Assembly (NCBI RefSeq): GCF_036321535.1
Contig: NC_087463.1
Coordinates: 5,580,001-5,644,000, forward strand
Direction of reading: 5' to 3'
DNA length: 64,000 nucleotides
Origin: Camelus dromedarius
Lineage: Eukaryota
Below the pieces are notes generated by a model. It was not told where the DNA came from. It did not search any database and saw nothing but the letters and a program-made list of their open reading frames with translations. Below are positions 59,479-64,000 of this stretch, piece after piece. Made by a program: the position numbers and the translations under genes. Within the stretch, counting starts at the first letter, position 1. The number at the start of each line of letters is the position of its first letter.

Positions 59479-60352
59479 ATTTTTTTAATTCAAGTATAGC
59501 AGGTTTCCAGTGCTGTGTTAGTTTCAGGTGTATAGCAAAGTGATTCAGTTACATATATATATTCAGTTGTGTATATATATGTTCTTTTCCAGATTCTTTT
59601 CCATTATAATTTATTATAAGACAGAATATACGTCCCTGTGCTATACAGTACGTTCTGATTGATTACCTATTTTACACATAGTAGTTTGTATCTGCTAATT
59701 CCAATCTCCTAATTTATTCCTCCCCTTTTTTCCCTCATTTGTAGCCATAAGTTTGTGTTCTATGTTTGTTTGTTTCTGCTTTGTAAATAAGTTCATTTGT
59801 ATCATTTTTTAAGATTCCACATACAAATGATATATGATATTTGTCTTTGTCTGACTTATTTCACTTACTATGATAATCTCTAAGTCCATCTATGTTGCTA
59901 TGAATNNNNNNNNNNNNNNNNNNNNNNNNNNNNNNNNNNNNNNNNNNNNNNNNNNNNNNNNNNNNNNNNNNNNNNNNNNNNNNNNNNNNNNNNNNNNNNN
60001 NNNNNNNNNNNNNNNNNNNNNNNNNNNNNNNNNNNNNNNNNNNNNNNNNNNNNNNNNTTTCAAATTTATAGTTTCCATCTTTTTCCAGATATATGCCCAG
60101 GAGTGGGTTTGCTGGATCATATGGTAACTCTATTTTTAGTTTTTTAAGAAACTTCCATACTGTCCTCCATAGTGGCTGAAACAAATTACATTCCCACAAA
60201 CGGTGTAGGAGGGTTCCCTTTTCTCCACATCCTCTCCAGCATTTATTATTTGTAGACTTTTTGATGATGGCCATTCCAATCATCAAACAGCAAGTGTGAG
60301 GTGATAACTCGTAGTTTTGATCTGCATTTCTCTAATAATTAGCAATGTTGAG
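59479..60352 (-). mobile_element. 5'-truncated L1 (ORF2 end plus 3' UTR) spanning a gap
   Basis: Translates [39 protein letters not shown]; TSD GAAATCAAG at 59470-59478 and 60353-60361. Confidence 0.95.
59906..60057. other. Assembly gap (152 N) inside L1
   Basis: N run. Confidence 1.
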
Positions 60353-60704
60353 GAAATCAAGCTTGCTTGATTGTGCAATCCAATATAAAATAATGAGAAT
60401 CTGGGCTCCCTTGAGAATTCTGAAAGATTTAAAAAAGAATCCTACAAGGGTGTGCATGCAATGAATTATCTGATCTTTAGAAAACCTTGTGAAGTAAATA
60501 AACATCATTGTTATTTTCACCATGTCACGAGTCCAAAAAACTGAAATGAGAATAGTTCATCTTTATCCCCAAAGACGCCAAGAGAGACAGAAAAACTGGC
60601 ATGAGGAAATTAAGACTTAGAGTGAGTCATACAGGCTTTTAATACGAGAGGCAGAGCCAAAATTCAGGGTCTACACTGCCAGTTCAGTGTTTCTACAACT
60701 GACA

Positions 60705-60820
60705 GAGCGGTTTTCAAACTTCAGCTTACATCAAAATTACCCGAAGGACTTGTTCAAATAGTAGATCTGGGTGGTGTCGATGGCACTGTGCCAAGGGTCA
60801 CACTTTTGAGAACAATTGTT
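60705..60820. mobile_element. Internally deleted MER5A-like MITE
   Basis: GCGGTTTTCAAACTTCAGC..ATCAAAATTACC..GGGTCACACTTTTGAGAAC. Confidence 0.55.
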
Positions 60821-61717
60821 CTAGTACAAAGTATTTCCTAGAAGAAAAAAAAGATAGAAACATAAATTCTGCTAGAAAAGTCAACCAAAGTCATATGGAA
60901 ATAATAAGAAATAATAAATGACTGGGCCTGTTTATTTCAACATACGCTTCTCTATAAGAGTAATTTGTTATAAATTACAAATAAAAACTCAAATTTGTAA
61001 TAAAGAAATCATTCTTATTAAGACTTCAAGCCCAAATATCAATATGTTCAAAGAGGTTGTAATAAATTCAGGCATGATAGATGCATAATAGAATAGAAAT
61101 AAACCAATGGAATGGTAAAAAAAAAAAAAAAAAAATGGGAAGGGGAGATTGGAAGCCAGACCACTTAAGCTCTTTGCAAATTCCTTTATGTGAGACGGAG
61201 CTTGGCAGCTAATCTGTTGATCACTCTATCAATCTGCCTATCGCTTAATCAATGGATCTTAGCTACATATCAACTTTTTTTTATCATTAAACTCTCCTGG
61301 CCAATGAGTGGGATATGAAAAGGGCCCAACAGAGAGTTTCTGCCTATGAGAATTATGTCATCCAGTTTTGTGTATAAAATCTACAACTAAGAAGATTTGG
61401 AGAGCAATGTAGAAATTATGTTAAAATTTAGTAGCAATAATGTTATGTGACGTAGAAATTAGGAAAATTGAGATCAAAGCAAGTTGGAGAAGGTAAATAA
61501 TAAATACATATATCTTCATGGTTGTAACCTAGGAATTGGAACATGCCAGAGTTTCACTGATTAGCCATTGAATTAATGGATAAACAAAGTTTAAGAAGTT
61601 CAACTTGAACTAGACCTTTAAAAATGGGTAGGATTTGGATGGGTGAAGAGCAGGAGAAACGGTATTTGAGAAAGAATGTGTCATGAGTAAACTGAGAGGA
61701 AGGAAACTGCTCACTCC

Positions 61718-61743
61718 TGTGTGTGTGTGTGTGTGTGTGTGTG
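61718..61743. repeat. (TG)13 microsatellite
   Basis: Perfect TG run. Confidence 0.95.
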
Positions 61744-63619
61744 GCGGGAGGGAAGGAGGGAGAAGCAGAGAAGACATTTACACTAACCCACAGAAGGTTC
61801 ATGCAAGCAAAGAGCATCGTTATAGGAGGTAGGTTTAGGACAGTTTCAACCTTTAAAAAAAGTCCTAATAGATTAAGTCCAGAATGTTCCACAAGTCTTC
61901 AGGGCTTTTCCTATAAATGAGAGGAGCCATTCCCGACTTTGAGCTGAGCGGGTTTGTGGGAGATGGTGAAGCTGACAGCTATGGCATCCCGCAAACGCCA
62001 TCCGCCCATCAAGGGAGGAGGCTGGAGAAGGCAAGGCCCCCCGCACTTGGCAAGCAGACCAAAGGCATGCTCTGCGCCCGCCCTCTGCACAGACCCTCCC
62101 CTGACACTTGCAGGCCGGGGCAAGAGTGCATTTAGAGGCCCCCGTGTGCCACATGGCTACACAGGTGAGAGTTATCAATTGGGATAACAAATGTCAAATA
62201 CAAGATGTTCCCTCCTCCTCCTCCACTGACAGACATACCTTCATACCAACCTAGAAACCCAAGTTTGAATTTAGAAGTCTCCAATTTCTGCACCAAAGCC
62301 TGGGGAGGTGCAGGGTCCAGCCTCTGGCCTGTGCCTCTTTCGTCTTCTTATCCTTGGCTCCATCCCACACTCTGAGGGCCTTGTACTGTGTATGTGAACA
62401 TCCCAGACCATGTGTCCCAGCTCCTCCACAACCTCCTGTAAGCAGCCGCCGCCTGGCCGGCCCTTGGGTGCTGGGATGCACACAGCGCCAGTGAGATCTG
62501 TCCTCAGAAGGACGAGCCAAAGAGGAGGCCTGTGCAGCCCCTGGAAGTGGGCTGAAGCCACTTGGTGAGGGAATTACAGACCCCGGGCACTCAGGGAGTC
62601 TAGCAAAGCACAGTGGGCTACAAAAGAGCATGGCTTTGTGGGCCCATGGGTTTCCTGCCCATGTGGAAGGTGTGCCTGGAAGATGAGCAGAGTGGGGATC
62701 CTGGCTCAAGGGCTCCCCTTGCCTGGGTCTAAAGATGAGTCAGCCCCTGAGCCACTGTGGGTCTGGAATCTATTACAACCCACCACCACCAAGTCTCCTC
62801 CCTCCACACTCCTGTCCTCCTCTCCACGCTAGAAGGTTCTCCCTTCCAGCTAATAACGGAAGGGTCGCTGAATCAAAACTCCAGCCTGGGCTCTCAGATC
62901 CGCTCTTTGATGGAGGGTTCAGTCGGCGTGGAGCCAAGCCAAACAAAGCCTCCTGCAGGGGTCTCACCTGCAGAGATGGTAGCCCCTCCTTCACAGTGCA
63001 CTCTCCCCTCCCCGGACCCCGACCCTGACAGCCAGCCGCAGATCTAGGGCTTTAGAAGCACATCTCATCACTTCCTTTTTAATCTCCACATTAGCACTTG
63101 TGCCCTTCTTCAAGTGCTCCAAGGTAATTTTAAAGAATATCTCATTTTGCTTTCATTTTGCTCTGGCCTGGCCTTCCCATAAATCAGGGCTGAGGCAGAA
63201 CTTGAGAGGACTGGGCTAATCAAGACTTCAATCTCAAGAAATGTTTAAATATAAATCAAAAGACTTGAAGGCTCTCCAGATCCTCAATTTTCTTTGAAAG
63301 CCTGGTCTGTCTTGTTTTCATTTTCTCCCACCTCCTTTTTTTTCTGATTGGCCATGCTGAGCTCTGAATTTTATCGTGGTGCCTCTAGAAATAATTCTAA
63401 ATAGTGTTCGATGTTTTCTTTGAGGCATTTCACAAAGCAATACAAGCGGGATATTGCTGGTGCTCGGGGTGGTGGGTAGGGGCAGTCAATGGAATCTTGC
63501 TAGAATTGGAAGAATTTCAAATTTCAGGAACTAAGTGATCCTGAAATGCATGACCAGAGATTTGGCAGCCAGAGGAAGCAGGATGAAACCAGCAGAACCG
63601 TAACCTTGAGAGCATCCTT

Positions 63620-63890
63620 CCTGTTTCAGATACTTTGTAACAAACCATCCCAACTTAGTGATACAGACAATAGGCATTCATTATAATTACCCCTCATGAT
63701 TCTGGTTCTTGCCTGGGGCCTTCCATGAGGTTGCAATCAGAAGGCGGCTGGAGCAGGGGGTCTTCTCAAAGGCTCCCACAAAGATCTAGCACCTGGGTTA
63801 GGAAGGCTTCAGCATCTGGGGCTCCTTGGGCATCCCTACATGTGGTCCCTCCAACACGGTGACTTCCTGGACCCAGACTTCTCACAGGGT
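63620..63890 (-). mobile_element. MaLR LTR fragment (MLT1G/H-like)
   Basis: GTAACAAACCATCCCAACTTAGTG..CTTCCATGAGGTTGCAATCAGA..CTACATGTGGTCCCTCCA. Confidence 0.65.
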
Positions 63891-64000
63891 GTTTTAAAAT
63901 GTAGGTCTTATTACTGCTCAGGAATCATGAGATCAGGAGACAATTTCCATTAGAAAGATAGTTTAGTATGCTTACAGATCCCAAGAGGAGAGGTCACTCA

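Noticed and set aside
4110-62253. Three minus-strand donors all ending TATGAAG|GT (4115, 44489, 62239), including a 12-nt microexon candidate GTTGGTATGAAG at 62239-62250
   Set aside because: Post-hoc pattern with a chance expectation of order 0.5 among donor-like 10-mers; the microexon lacks a proximal UGC and a good pyrimidine tract.
1-64000. Immunoglobulin VHH/heavy-chain segments, tRNA/rRNA/miRNA genes, NUMTs, non-retroviral viral insertions, CRISPR arrays
   Set aside because: Looked for them by eye and in the ORF track; found none. Highly diverged copies cannot be excluded without a database search.

Overview
Mammalian genomic DNA from a draft assembly with three N gaps. It is most likely camelid (Camelus/Vicugna): there is one camelid-type tRNA-derived SINE, several cetartiodactyl-type L1 3' ends and ERV1 LTRs, and no Alu, Bov-tA or PRE-1 SINEs. 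I cannot recognise any protein-coding gene, RNA gene or CRISPR array. The window reads as intronic or intergenic sequence. At least about a quarter is identifiable by eye as transposon fossils: L1, L2, MIR, MaLR/ERV solo LTRs (several with intact target-site duplications), and two hAT elements with readable transposase remnants. Between them are repeat-free, motif-dense segments that look like enhancers. The best gene-like signal is a minus-strand TATA-like promoter and first-exon candidate at about 46.9-47.4 kb, with a possible in-frame second exon at 44.5 kb; it is unidentified and unproven. The most unusual structures are a TSD-bounded chimeric L1 insert (54.6-55.1 kb), a scrambled L1 (10.5-11.7 kb), a templated-insertion scar inside an LTR (56.6-56.7 kb) and a coding-like stretch at 38.1 kb. 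I found no convincing evidence of a new biological system. Repeat family names are recalled from consensus sequences and need RepeatMasker/Dfam confirmation. Boundaries of old repeats are approximate.
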